From contig CAVWWD010000003.1 in the NCBI GenBank assembly GCA_963758635.1, forward strand, positions 640,001 to 704,000: a stretch of 64,000 nt of DNA, written 5' to 3'. The position numbers and the translations under genes were made by a program. The DNA is from an uncultured Candidatus Rokubacteria bacterium (GTDB lineage: Bacteria; Methylomirabilota; Methylomirabilia; Rokubacteriales; CSP1-6). Of the stretch, positions 34,353 to 48,430 are shown piece after piece. The notes under the pieces were generated by a model. It worked only from the letters and a program-made list of their open reading frames with translations, was not told the origin of the DNA and ran no database searches. Positions within the stretch are counted from its first letter, which is position 1, and every line of letters starts with the position of its first letter.

Positions 34353-35635
34353 GGCGCGGCCTCCGGCGCCACGGGCACGCCGCCCACGATGGTCATCACC
34401 ACAGCGCCCGTGCCCGTCCAGCCGCGGAACGGCGTGTTCTTGCTGCGTGACCGGAAGGTGGCGGGATCCACCGTCCAGGGGCGCTCGAGGTCGAGCACCG
34501 TGATGTCGGCGGGCGCGCCGGGCGCGAGGCTGCCTCCGGGCAGGCTCATGACCCGCGCGGGCCCGGCGGACATGCGCGCCACGAGGGTCGGCAGGTCGAT
34601 GCGTCCGGCGCGCACGAGGCGGTCCAGGAGCACGGGCACCGCCGTCTCGAGGCCCACGACGCCGTTGGCCGCGGCCGCGTACTCGCCTTCCTTCTCGGTG
34701 AGGGCGTGCGGAGCATGGTCGGTGGCCACGCAGTCGATGGTGCCGTCGGCGAGCCCTTCCAGCAATGCCTCCACGTCGCGCTTGCCGCGCAGCGGCGGGG
34801 CCATCTTGGTGTTGGGATCGTACTCGCGCACCGCCTCGTCGGTGAGCACCAGATGGTGTGGGGTCACCTCGGCGGTGACCTTCACGCCGCGCGCCTTGGC
34901 GTCGCGCACGAGCCGCACCGCCCCCGCGGTGGAGAGATGCGCGATGTGCACGTGCGCCCCCGTCAGCTCCGCGAGCACGATGTCGCGCGCGACCATCACG
35001 TCCTCGGCGGCGGCGGTCAGCCCGGGGAGGCCCAGCTCGGTGGAGACGAAGCCCTCGTGCATGGCCCACTCGCCGGCGAGGGTCGAGTCCTCGGCGTGGC
35101 TCACGATGGGCGCGCCGAAGGGCAGCGCGTACTCCATCGCGCGGCGGTAGAGGCCGGCGTCCATCACGCACTTGCCGTCGTCGGAGAAGGCCACGCAGCC
35201 CGCCTCGGCCTGCTCGGCCATCTCGGCGAGGTCGCCGCCCTTGAGGCCGCGGGTGACGGCGCCGATCGGGTAGACGCGCACCGCGCCCTCCACCTTGGCC
35301 TTGGCCAGGATGTAGTCGGTCACCGCGCGGTTGTCGTTGACCGGAAACGTGTTGGCCATGCAGCAGACCGCGGTGAAGCCGCCGGCGGCGGCCGAGCGCG
35401 TGCCCGTGGCCACCGTCTCCTTGTATTCGAACCCCGGCTCGCGCAGGTGCACGTGGATGTCGATGAAGCCCGGGCAGACGACCTTGCCGGCGGCGTCGAT
35501 CACGACGGCGCCGTTTCCCGCGCGGAGCCCGCGGCCCACCTTCGCGATGCGCCCATCGACCACCGACACGTCGGCGACGGCGTCGACGCCGCTGGCGGGG
35601 TCCACCACGCGGCCGTTCTTGAGGAGGAGGCTCAT
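34349..35635 (-). CDS. pyrC: Dihydroorotase
   Basis: [24 protein letters not shown]. Confidence 0.95.
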   Translation of the reverse strand: MSLLLKNGRVVDPASGVDAVADVSVVDGRIAKVGRGLRAGNGAVVIDAAGKVVCPGFIDIHVHLREPGFEYKETVATGTRSAAAGGFTAVCCMANTFPVNDNRAVTDYILAKAKVEGAVRVYPIGAVTRGLKGGDLAEMAEQAEAGCVAFSDDGKCVMDAGLYRRAMEYALPFGAPIVSHAEDSTLAGEWAMHEGFVSTELGLPGLTAAAEDVMVARDIVLAELTGAHVHIAHLSTAGAVRLVRDAKARGVKVTAEVTPHHLVLTDEAVREYDPNTKMAPPLRGKRDVEALLEGLADGTIDCVATDHAPHALTEKEGEYAAAANGVVGLETAVPVLLDRLVRAGRIDLPTLVARMSAGPARVMSLPGGSLAPGAPADITVLDLERPWTVDPATFRSRSKNTPFRGWTGTGAVVMTIVGGVPVAPEAAP

Positions 35636-36558
35636 GCCGTGCGGCTCCCCGCGAGGAGGTAGAGCACGGCCATCCGGACGGCGACGCCGTTGGCGACCTG
35701 GTCGAGGATCACCGAGTACTTGCCGTCGGCCACCTCCGGCGCCAGCTCCACGCCGCGGTTCACCGGGCCGGGGTGCATGATCAGCACGTCGGGGCGGCAG
35801 TGGCGCAGCTTGTCGAGCGACAGCCCCCACACCCGCGAGTACTCGCGCAGCGACGGGATGCGCCCGGCGAGCATCCGCTCGTGCTGCAGGCGAAGCATCA
35901 TGACCACGTCGGCGTGGGCGATGGCCTCCTCGAGCCGGTAGCTCACCTTCACGCCCAGCTCCTGGCAGGCCGCGGGGATCAGGGTGGGCGGCCCCGCCAC
36001 CGTGACCGTCATCCCCATCTTCCGCATGCCGTGGATGTCCGAGCGCGCCACCCGGCTGTGGGCGATGTCGCCCACGATCGTGACGTTCAGGCCTTCGAGG
36101 TGACCCTTCTTCTGGCGGATCGTCAGCAGGTCGAGGAGCGCCTGCGTCGGGTGCTCGTGGGCGCCGTCGCCCGCGTTCACCACCGCGCACCGGAGCTGCC
36201 GGGCGAGGAGCGCGGGCGCCCCCGCCGCCTGGTGACGGACCACCACCACGTCCGGGCTCATCGCCTCGATGTTCCGGGCGGTGTCGAGCAGGCTCTCGCC
36301 CTTCTCCGCGCTCGACCCCGACGACGAGAAGTTGATCACGTCGGCGGAGAGCCACTTGCCCGCGATCTCGAAGGACGTGCGCGTACGCGTGGAGGCCTCG
36401 TAGAAGAGGTTCACCACCGTCTTGCCGCGCAGCGTGGGCACCTTCTTGATCTCGCGCGTGGCGATCTCGCGCATGGACTCGGCGGTGTCGAGCACGTCGC
36501 GGATCTCCGCCGCCTCGACCTCCTGCATGCTGACCAGGTCCTTCCGCTTCCAGCCCAT
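35632..36558 (-). CDS. pyrB: Aspartate carbamoyltransferase catalytic subunit
   Basis: [25 protein letters not shown]. Confidence 0.97.
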   Translation of the reverse strand: MGWKRKDLVSMQEVEAAEIRDVLDTAESMREIATREIKKVPTLRGKTVVNLFYEASTRTRTSFEIAGKWLSADVINFSSSGSSAEKGESLLDTARNIEAMSPDVVVVRHQAAGAPALLARQLRCAVVNAGDGAHEHPTQALLDLLTIRQKKGHLEGLNVTIVGDIAHSRVARSDIHGMRKMGMTVTVAGPPTLIPAACQELGVKVSYRLEEAIAHADVVMMLRLQHERMLAGRIPSLREYSRVWGLSLDKLRHCRPDVLIMHPGPVNRGVELAPEVADGKYSVILDQVANGVAVRMAVLYLLAGSRTA

Positions 36559-36581
36559 GTGGCTCGGTCTCCCGTGGCCGG

Positions 36582-37286
<705 letters not shown>

Positions 37287-37288
37287 TC

Positions 37289-37317
37289 ACCGTACCGTCG
37301 GAGCGCGGGGCTGTCAA
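37289..37317 (-). promoter_or_regulatory. Sigma-70 promoter of the pyr operon
   Basis: TTGACA-N17-TACGGT just upstream of the PyrR loop. Confidence 0.7.
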
Positions 37318-37398
37318 GTGGAAGTGAGCCAAACGGCGAGCGAGACGTTTCTTCCCACGGTCTCCATGTCCGTGATGGCCGAGCTGCCCGTTGGGGTC

Positions 37399-37448
37399 GT
37401 TTCTACTTCATTCCCATGTACGCTCGGCTCGCCTTCGGCTCACCTCGC
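37399..37448. repeat. ~50-bp dispersed intergenic repeat, copy B
   Basis: 42/50 identical to 12880-12929. Confidence 0.7.
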
Positions 37449-37522
37449 CCTGCTGGGTATCCTCGGCGCAGGACAACGTCCCGAGAACGCGCCGCGCGGC
37501 CCGCGGCAGCGAGGAGAGCGAC

Positions 37523-37813
37523 ATGTCCATCCGGCTCGTGGTGACGATCACCGCTGCACCAGGCAAGGGCGCCGAGCTGGCGCAGGCGTACACGACCCGC
37601 TGCGCCGAGGTGATGACGGAGCCGGGCTGCGAGCAATTCGAGGTGTTCAGGAGCGTCGTGAATCCGGATCGGCTCGCGCTGCTCGAGCGATGGACGGACC
37701 AGGCCGCTCTCGACGCGCACGCGAAGCTCAACCAGACGCGGCCGCCGCTCCGGCCCGAGCTGCGCCAGGGCGCGGGCGAGCGTGAGGACTACTCGTACCA
37801 CCGCGTCCGGTAG
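37523..37813 (+). CDS. Antibiotic biosynthesis monooxygenase (ABM) family protein
   Basis: PGKG, EPGCEQFEV, LERWTDQAALDAH; GAGGAG RBS. Confidence 0.85.
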   Translation: MSIRLVVTITAAPGKGAELAQAYTTRCAEVMTEPGCEQFEVFRSVVNPDRLALLERWTDQAALDAHAKLNQTRPPLRPELRQGAGEREDYSYHRVR

Positions 37814-37904
37814 GGGGCGGTCTCGTCCGGCCCGGCCGGGTGACGGCGCTCGCCGCGGCCGGCGCCGGGCATCGGGACCGCGCCGGGCCCGCGGCCCGGC
37901 GGCG

Positions 37905-38366
37905 GGTGGCATCGTCGGAGTGATCGCGGACACCCACGGCCTCCTGCGGCCCGAGGCGCTCGCCGCCCTCGCGGGCGCGGACGTCATCATCCACGCGGGC
38001 GACGTGGGCTCGCCCGAGGTGATCGAGCGGCTCCGCGCCATCGCGCCCACGTTCGTGGTCCGCGGCAACAACGACACCGCGTCGTGGGCCGACGATCTTC
38101 CCGAGATCCAGGTGGTGACGGTGGGCGGTCTCAGGTTCTGGGTGCTGCACGAGGCGGCGCGGCTGTCCGTCGATCCCGTCGCCGCGGGGCTCGCCTGCGT
38201 CGTCTCCGGCCACTCCCACCGCCCCTCGATCGAGACGCGCGACGGCGTGCTTCACATCAACCCGGGCAGTGCCGGCCCCCGCCGCTTCACTCTCCCGGTG
38301 ACGGTCGCGCGCCTCCGTGTCGCCGGCGACCGCATTGTCCCGGAGATCATCCAGCTCCCAGTCTGA
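37905..38366 (+). CDS. YfcE-like metallophosphoesterase (start uncertain)
   Basis: ADTHG, HAGD, RGNND, GHSH, NPGS. Confidence 0.88.
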   Translation, partial: GGIVGVIADTHGLLRPEALAALAGADVIIHAGDVGSPEVIERLRAIAPTFVVRGNNDTASWADDLPEIQVVTVGGLRFWVLHEAARLSVDPVAAGLACVVSGHSHRPSIETRDGVLHINPGSAGPRRFTLPVTVARLRVAGDRIVPEIIQLPV

Positions 38367-38381
38367 TGTCGTACCGGCTGG

Positions 38382-39620
38382 TCAGGCGGGGGTGCGCCAG
38401 AGGTCGCGAACGATCTCCTCGCGCTCGACGGAGACGCGGCCGGTCTTCACCACGAGGCGCGGGGTGGCCAGGGCCGTGACGATGGCGTCGTGGGTGTCGG
38501 TGTCCCACACCGCGAGGTCGGCGCGGGCGCCGGCGCGGAGGCCGTAGTCAGGCAGGCGCAGGATGCGCGCGGGATGCTCGGTGAGCATGGCCAGCACCTG
38601 GCCGAGCTCATCGGCCGCCCCCATGTGAGCGCCGACCACCACGAGGTACCCCATGAGCGGGAGCGCCGCGGTGCCGACCGGCGTGAAGGCGTTGCGCACG
38701 TTGTTGGTTGCCGCGGCCACGGGCACGCGGGCGGCGAGGAGGCGCTTGACGGGGGCCAGCCCGCGCCTCACGTTGCGCTCGTCGCGCCGGCCCATCAGGT
38801 AGAGATCGGTGGCGGGCAGGACGATCACGCCCACGCCGCTCTGCGCGAGCCGCGCGGCGATCTCGTCCTGGTCGCCGGCGGCGAGCGCCGCCACCTCGCT
38901 CATGTGGCCGACGGCCACCCGGCCCTGCCAGCCGCGCCGCTCTGCCTCCGCGCAGATGCGCCGGACGTGGAGGTGCTCCGGCTCGTCCGCGAAGTCCACG
39001 TGGAAGTCCGCGTCCACGCCGAACCGGACGGCCAGGTCGAACACGATCTCGATGTGGGCGAAGGCGTCGGTGTCGTTGTAGGGGCAGCCGCCGACGAGGT
39101 CCGCGCCACCTTCGAGAGCGCGGGCAAGGAGCGCCTCGGTGCCCGGGGCTTTCAGGATGCCCTCCTGCGCGAACGCGCAGAGCTGGAGGTCCAGCGCCGG
39201 CGCGTACTCGCGCTTGAGGGCGAGGAGCGCCTCCAGCCCCTTGAGGCCCACAATCGGGTCGACCTCGACGTGGCTCCGCATCGCGGTGGTCCCGTTCCGC
39301 ACCGCCGCGTCGAGGACCCGTCGTGCCCGCTCCCGGATATCGTCGATGGTGAAGGCGCGCTTGGCCTCGCCGGTCACGCGGATGGCCTCCTCCACCGTGC
39401 CCTCCACGCTCGGCGTGCGCCCGGACAGGAGGGCCTTGTCCAGGTGGATGTGGGACTCCACCAGCCCCGGCGTCACCGGCCGGCCCCCGCAGTCGACCGT
39501 GCGGCGCGCCGCCTCGCCGCCGAGGGGGCCGATCGCGGCGATGCGCCCCGTGGCGCATCCGATGTCGGCGATGCGGCCGTCGGGCAGCCGACAGGATGTC
39601 AGGACGAGGTCCAGGCTCAT
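38382..39620 (-). CDS. Metal-dependent amidohydrolase (cytosine deaminase-like)
   Basis: ESHIHLDK, GTTAMRSHV, AFAQEG, DFHVD, NNVRNAFTP. Confidence 0.85.
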   Translation of the reverse strand: MSLDLVLTSCRLPDGRIADIGCATGRIAAIGPLGGEAARRTVDCGGRPVTPGLVESHIHLDKALLSGRTPSVEGTVEEAIRVTGEAKRAFTIDDIRERARRVLDAAVRNGTTAMRSHVEVDPIVGLKGLEALLALKREYAPALDLQLCAFAQEGILKAPGTEALLARALEGGADLVGGCPYNDTDAFAHIEIVFDLAVRFGVDADFHVDFADEPEHLHVRRICAEAERRGWQGRVAVGHMSEVAALAAGDQDEIAARLAQSGVGVIVLPATDLYLMGRRDERNVRRGLAPVKRLLAARVPVAAATNNVRNAFTPVGTAALPLMGYLVVVGAHMGAADELGQVLAMLTEHPARILRLPDYGLRAGARADLAVWDTDTHDAIVTALATPRLVVKTGRVSVEREEIVRDLWRTPA

Positions 39621-40893
39621 GCCGCCGCGCCCGGCCGCCGCGCCGCGGCCAGGGCCTCGAGCGCCTCCTCGAAGCACGCGAGCGGCGCGCGGACCACGCC
39701 GGCCCCGATCTGCCCGGTGCCGGGGACGCGGCCCGCGATCCCGGTGTTGATGAGCGGCGTGATGCCCGTCTCCACCACGCGCCGCACGTCGATGCCCACG
39801 GGCGTGCCCCGGTCGTCGAGCGCGGGGATGCGAAAGTGCGGGTGCTCCTCGAGGCAGATCTCGTCCATCTCCTCGGTGGTGGCCACCGCCTCGGAGAGCC
39901 CCCCGCGCCGACGAAGCGGACCACGGCGGGCGAGGCGGCCATGGCGAAGCCGCCGAGGCCGATGGTCTCGACGATGGCGCTGTCGCCCATGTCGGGGTTG
40001 GCGTCCGCCTCGCCGAATCCGGGGAAGTAGAGGCCACGGGGCAGGTTCACGGGAGCGGTGAACCAGCGGTCGCCGAGGCCGGCCACGCGGATGCCGAAGT
40101 CGGTCCCGTTCCGGGCCATGGTGGCGACCATCGTCGACCCGGCCACGTCCAGGCACGGGTCGGCGCTGGCCTTGCCCGCGGCCATGGCGAGGTTGAGGAA
40201 GAACTGGTCGTTCGCGGCCACGAACGCGGCCACCCGCTCGAGCGCGCCCAGGTCCGACGCGGCTCGCGCAAGGTGCGGCATCAGGGCGCGCGCGGTCAGC
40301 GAGGACGCGGCCACGTTCCGCTGGTGCATCTCGTCGCCCATGCGCACGGCCTGGGCCATGAGGGCGCGAAGGTCGATCCCGCCGCCGGCGCGGATGGCCG
40401 CGCCCAGGAGCGGCCCGGCCTCCGCGGCCAGCCATCGGAGCCGGTCGATCACGCTCGCGTCGTTGGCGCCGAAGCGGAGCACCTTGCCCAGGCCCTCGTT
40501 CACGGTGGCGCAGGCGCGGTTGCCGACGGCGCGATTTTCCACCACGAAGACCGGCATGGACGGCGTGACGATGCCGGTCATCGGTCCCGCGGCGCCCGCG
40601 TGGTGGCAGGGCCGGAGCGCGACCGCTCCGGTCTCCACCAGGCGGCGCGCCTCGTCGTCGTCCGCCGCCCACCCCTCGTAGCGGACCGCGCACAGCACGG
40701 CGGCCTGCACGGTCGCGCACGCGCGGCCCCACGGGAGCGGGGGCCCGGAGTGGAGCACGATGCGTCCCGAGATGCCGAGGGCGCGGCTCGCGGGCTGGCA
40801 GTCGACCAGCACGGGCTGGGCCTGGACGAGCCGCTCGACCGCCGCCCGGTTGGCCGCGCCGATCGAGGGGCGGCCGCGCTCAGCCGTCGTCAT
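39617..40893 (-). CDS. DUF1116 (YlbE/YahG, AllG-like) protein, frameshifted near 39900
   Basis: LHSGPP, NEGLGKVLRFGA, MGDEMHQRN, DMGDSAIVET, INTGIA. Confidence 0.88.
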
Positions 40894-42667
40894 CGAGGAG
40901 ATCGAGGAGCCCGGCTCGATGCGGATCGCCGCCCGCCGGCGGGCTCCACTGCACGTCGACGACGGGAGCGCCGCGGCGCGCCAGGTCCTCGGCAAACCGG
41001 CGGATGCCCACGTTGACCACCGAGAGCTCGCGGCCGAGGAGCGGGCCCGCGGCGGGGCGGGCGCTCGCGATGGCCGCGGCGGGCGGCGGCGGGATCGCGG
41101 GCGGCGCGGCCGCCGATCTCACCGCGTCGATCACGCGGGCTCCGCCCGCGATGCAGGCGGCCGCGCGGGCGGCGCGCGCGTTCGAGGGCAGGAGCCAGAC
41201 CCCCGACTTCTCGAGCCGCGCCGTCTGGCTCGCGAGCCCCTGCGGATCGCCCGGCGTGCCGACGACCGTGGCCACCACCGCCAGGCGCCGGCCATCAGCC
41301 CTGGCCCGGGCCTGCGCGGCCTCGAGCGCGGGCGCGATGTCGCCGGCCGGGTCGGCGGCGACGCCGTATCCCAGCACCACGTCGAGCAGCAGGACACCCA
41401 CGGTGGGATCCGCGCCCGCGCGCTCGATCGCGCGCACGCGGAGGGCCGGGTCCAGCATGGGATGCGCGCGTCCCACCGTGAACTCGTCGGATCCCAGGTC
41501 CAGGACGCGATGGGCGCTGTCGCGCGTGTCTCCGCTCCCGAGGTTCCCGCCGATGGGCCCGAGCAGCGGCTCCAGGATGGACAGCGCCTCGTACGCGAGG
41601 GTGCCACCCGCGTAGAGCCCGCGGAGACCGGTCTGCCCTGGGGCCAGGGCCTTCGTCGCGGCGACGAGACGCGCCGCGTCCTCGTCGCCGAAAGCGGCGC
41701 TCGCCGGCGTCCACGCCGTCCCGGACAGCATGGCCACCGCCGCGTCCGCGGCGTCCTCGAGCGTGGAGACGATGACCGCTCGGCCGCGTTGCATCGGCGC
41801 GACGCCGGAACCGAGCAGCGCCAGCACCGCGGGTGTGGGGCCGGCTTCCAGGCGGGCCCCGATCGCCTCGCGCACCCGGGCGGCGGGCGGCTTTCCCACG
41901 ATCACGAGCAGCTCCGTGCCCGGGTCTCCCGCGAGGCGGTCGATCGCGGCGAGCGTCATCACGCCTCCCACCGCCTCCGCCATGTCGCGTCCGCCCACGC
42001 CGATGCCGTGCGACAGGCCCTCGCCGCGCGCGGCGAGGAGCGACGCGACGTGCTGGAGCCCCGTGCCCGAGGCGGCGACCACGCCGACCCGCCCGCGCGG
42101 CACCTCGTTGGCGAAGCCGAGCGGCACGCCGTCGATGTACGCCGTGCCGCAGTCCGGGCCCAGTACCAGCCCACCGGCGGCCGCGGCCCGGCGCTTGAGG
42201 AGCACCTCGTCGGCGAGGGGGACGTTGTCGCTGAAGACCATCACCGACAGGCCGCGCGCCAGGGCCCGCCGGCCGAGCCCGGCGGCGAAGGGGCCGGGTA
42301 CGGAGACGAGCGCGAGGCTGGCGCCGGGCAGGCGACGGCACGCGGTCTCCATCGTGCGGGGCGGGCGGCCGCCCTCGGCACGGAGGCGTTCGCGCCCGGC
42401 GGCGAGGAACGACTCGGCGAGGGTGAGCGCGCGGTCAGCGGCGCCGGGCGAGTCGGCGCGGACGGCGACGACGAGGTCGCTGGGCCCGGCCCGGCTCGAC
42501 TCCGGCGACGCCAGGTCAGCCTGGGCAAGGAGGTCGCGGTTTGCGGGCGTGGCCATGAGCGCGGCCGCCTCGCGCACGCCCGGCGATGCCCGCAGCTCGC
42601 GCGCCAGGGCGAGGAGCGTCACCGAGTCCCGGTAGAAGCTCGGCTTGACGAGGGTCGTCACGCTCAC
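40880..42667 (-). CDS. fdrA: FdrA/YahF (AllF-like) acyl-CoA synthetase-fold protein
   Basis: YRDSVTL, MATPAN, SVPG, FSDNV, GPDCGT, ASGTG, DLGSDEFTVGRAHPM, WSPPAGGD. Confidence 0.88.
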   Translation of the reverse strand: MSVTTLVKPSFYRDSVTLLALARELRASPGVREAAALMATPANRDLLAQADLASPESSRAGPSDLVVAVRADSPGAADRALTLAESFLAAGRERLRAEGGRPPRTMETACRRLPGASLALVSVPGPFAAGLGRRALARGLSVMVFSDNVPLADEVLLKRRAAAAGGLVLGPDCGTAYIDGVPLGFANEVPRGRVGVVAASGTGLQHVASLLAARGEGLSHGIGVGGRDMAEAVGGVMTLAAIDRLAGDPGTELLVIVGKPPAARVREAIGARLEAGPTPAVLALLGSGVAPMQRGRAVIVSTLEDAADAAVAMLSGTAWTPASAAFGDEDAARLVAATKALAPGQTGLRGLYAGGTLAYEALSILEPLLGPIGGNLGSGDTRDSAHRVLDLGSDEFTVGRAHPMLDPALRVRAIERAGADPTVGVLLLDVVLGYGVAADPAGDIAPALEAAQARARADGRRLAVVATVVGTPGDPQGLASQTARLEKSGVWLLPSNARAARAAACIAGGARVIDAVRSAAAPPAIPPPPAAAIASARPAAGPLLGRELSVVNVGIRRFAEDLARRGAPVVDVQWSPPAGGDPHRAGLLDLLDDDG

Positions 42668-43527
42668 GCGCGGCGCGCCTCCACGGCCTCGACGGCCAGG
42701 CGGATGCCCGTCAGCGTGTCGGCCCCGGACGTGGCGCCGGTGCGCGCGAGGGCGGCGGCCGTGAGCGAAGCCGCCGGCGCCGTTTCCGCTGCGAACAGGG
42801 CCAGCACGGGCTCGGCAAACGCGCCCTCGAGGGCGTGGAGGATGAACTCCCGGCCGATCGCCGTCGTGCGCTCGGCCGCGTCCCGCGCGAGCCTCGTCCG
42901 CGCGCGGGACGTGAGGAATGCCGTGTCCGAGCCGGCCAGGACCGCGAGCGCGCCGACCAGGCAGTCGTCCCCCGCCGGGGTCAGCCCTTCGCCGAGGCCC
43001 ATGAGGGCCCGTCCGGCGGCGACGAAGCCGTCCGCGTCGCCGCTCCGGATGGCCTCGGCGAGGCGCGCGCGGGCCTGCCGTGCCGGGGGCAGGTCCAGCG
43101 CGGGGGCGCCGGGGAGGGCGCCCATCTCGGCGAGGGCGTCGGCGACGCAGCGGGACGGGTGAGCGCCGCGCGGCATCGACAGGTCGACCCGCGCCGCGGG
43201 CGTGAACGCGAGCTCGAGCGGCCCCAGGCGCAGGCGGTCGCCCCGGCGGCGGACGAGGTCGCCGGCCCGGACCGCGCCCAGGTCGGGCACGACGGACAGC
43301 GACGCCGCGAACGGCGCGGCGAGCGGGCCCGGCGCGTGGAAGGCGACGATGCGGCCGTCGCGACACTCGACGTTGACGCAGCGGGTGAACACGGAGTGGA
43401 TCCGTCCCATCACGAACGGCGCCCCCTCCAGGCGGGCCGCCACCGCGCGGGCGAGCCGCACGACGCGGATCTCGCCGGCGATGGGCTCGTCCGGCGAGCC
43501 ACCGAGGTTCTCGTCCACGAGTGTCAT
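42664..43527 (-). CDS. DUF2877 (YlbF, AllH-like) protein
   Basis: GLGEGLTPAGDD, GATSGAD. Confidence 0.85.
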   Translation of the reverse strand: MTLVDENLGGSPDEPIAGEIRVVRLARAVAARLEGAPFVMGRIHSVFTRCVNVECRDGRIVAFHAPGPLAAPFAASLSVVPDLGAVRAGDLVRRRGDRLRLGPLELAFTPAARVDLSMPRGAHPSRCVADALAEMGALPGAPALDLPPARQARARLAEAIRSGDADGFVAAGRALMGLGEGLTPAGDDCLVGALAVLAGSDTAFLTSRARTRLARDAAERTTAIGREFILHALEGAFAEPVLALFAAETAPAASLTAAALARTGATSGADTLTGIRLAVEAVEARRA

Positions 43528-43617
43528 CGGGGGACGTCCGGCGTGGCGGCGGGCATCGGGACGGTGGGAGCGGCCGTCTTCGGGGCGGACCGCGGGCGAC
43601 CGTCTCGCGCGGCGGCC

Positions 43618-44757
43618 TCAGCTCGGCTTGAGCCCGTGGACGCTGAAGGCGGCCACCGGACGCTGGAATCCCTTGAGGACCAGCGGGTCGATCGGCTCGG
43701 CCTCCACGATGGGCTCGATGCCCGCATACGCGCGCTGGTTGACGAGGATCTGCCCGCCGCGCGCCTCACCGCAGAGGCGGGCCGAGAGGTTGGTCACGGT
43801 GCCGATGGCGCCGTAGTCCCACCGCCCCTCGAAGCCGATGGCGCCGATGGTGGCGTAGCCCTGGGCGATGCCGATCCCCAGGTGCAGGTCGTAGCCCTGC
43901 TTCTGCCACTTCGTGGTCATCTCGCCCACGCGCTCGCGGATGGCCAGCGCCATGCGGACGGCGCGCTCAGCGGGGTTGGGCACGGGGACGGGATCGTTGA
44001 AGAAGATCATCATGCCGTCGCCGGTGAAGCGCTCGAGCGTGCCCTCGTGCTCGAGGATGAGCTTGCCGGTGGCGGCGTGGTACTCGCGGAGCACGCTCAT
44101 GACCTCCTCCGGCTCCGAGGTCTCGGCGAACGCCGTGAACCCGCGGAGGTCGAGGAAGACCACGGTGACTTCCCGCCGGTGGCTGCGGAGGGGATCCTCG
44201 GCGCCGCCCGAGACGATCAGCTCGGCGAGCTGCGGGGAGAAGAACCGCTTCAGGCGGCCGACCCGGTCGAGCTCGGACACCTGCTCCTGCACCCGCTTCT
44301 CCAGGGTGCGGTTGAGCTGGGCCAGCTCGGCGGCCTGCGCCTCGAGGCGGACGGCCTGCTCCTGCACGGTGTCGTGGAGCGTCTTGCTCCGGAGCATGGA
44401 CTTGACGCGCGCCACCAGCGCGGCCTGGTCGAGCGGCTTGGTCAGGTACTCGTCGCCGCCCGCGTCGAGGCCGGCCACGATGTCCTTGGTGTCAGCCTTC
44501 GCCGTCACCATGATGATGGGCATGAAGGGCAGCGCGGAGTCGGTCTTGAGGCGCTTGCAGACCTCGATGCCGTCGAGCTTGGGCATCATGATGTCGAGCA
44601 GGATCAGGTCGGGGAGCTGCTCGCGCGCCACGGTGAGGGCCTCCTCGCCGTCGACCGCGGTGACGATGTCGTAGCCGTGCACGGACAGCCGCGTCTGCAG
44701 GATGTCCAGGTTCATCGGGTTGTCGTCGACGATCAGGATGAGCGGAGGGGTGCGCAA
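43618..44757 (-). CDS. Response regulator with class III adenylate/guanylate cyclase domain
   Basis: REC (ILIVDD, LLDIMMP) plus FLDLRGFT, FTGDG, AIGTVTNLSARL. Confidence 0.92.
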   Translation of the reverse strand: MRTPPLILIVDDNPMNLDILQTRLSVHGYDIVTAVDGEEALTVAREQLPDLILLDIMMPKLDGIEVCKRLKTDSALPFMPIIMVTAKADTKDIVAGLDAGGDEYLTKPLDQAALVARVKSMLRSKTLHDTVQEQAVRLEAQAAELAQLNRTLEKRVQEQVSELDRVGRLKRFFSPQLAELIVSGGAEDPLRSHRREVTVVFLDLRGFTAFAETSEPEEVMSVLREYHAATGKLILEHEGTLERFTGDGMMIFFNDPVPVPNPAERAVRMALAIRERVGEMTTKWQKQGYDLHLGIGIAQGYATIGAIGFEGRWDYGAIGTVTNLSARLCGEARGGQILVNQRAYAGIEPIVEAEPIDPLVLKGFQRPVAAFSVHGLKPS

Positions 44758-44858
44758 CGGATCTCCTCGGTTGCGGGCTAACGCGAACTATTCATGAATG
44801 GGCCCACCGGACGCGCCGCTGGTCTCAAGGTCCGTCTCCATTCGCGAATGATGCGGGC

Positions 44859-45220
44859 CTACGTCAGGAATTCACGGACCTTCGCCAGCAGCGCGCGCGG
44901 GCTGTAGGGCTTGGCGATGTAGGCGTCGCAGCCCGCCTCCATGGCCTTGTCCTCGTCGCCGGTGAGCGCGTACAACGTCACCGCGATCACGGGGATGCGG
45001 GCGAGGGCGGGATTGGCCTTGATCCGCCGTGTCGCCTCGTAGCCGTCGATCCCGGGGAGCTGGATGTCCATCAAGATGAGGTCGGGCACCTGGGCCTCGG
45101 CCTGGGCCACCGCGTCCTCCCCGTCGACGGCCTCGAGAACCTCGTAGCCCACGGCGGTCAGCAGGTCGTGCAGGATGCGGCGGTTGTCCTCCTGGTCGTC
45201 GATGGCGAGGATGCGCTTGC

Positions 45221-45224
<4 letters not shown>
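44859..45224 (-). CDS. Single-domain response regulator (DivK-like)
   Basis: IDDQEDN, LMDIQLPGIDG, AGCDAYIAKP. Confidence 0.9.
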
Positions 45225-48274
<3,050 letters not shown>

Positions 48275-48291
48275 TCTAGCCTGGATTATTA

Positions 48292-48324
48292 GGTGCGGGC
48301 GCCCGGGCTTCGCCCGCCCGCACC
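48292..48324. repeat. REP-like hairpin
   Basis: GGTGCGGGC-GCC-CGGGC-TTC-GCCCG-CCCGCACC; same family as 20261 and 61991 units. Confidence 0.8.
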
Positions 48325-48430
48325 CTGCGCCAACCTCTCCGGGGTTCCACGGGTGGACTCGTCGGGACGGAAGCGCCGGTGCGGGGCCGCGGGCCCGGGC
48401 GGAGGTCCGCGGACGTCCAGACGGCCCTGC

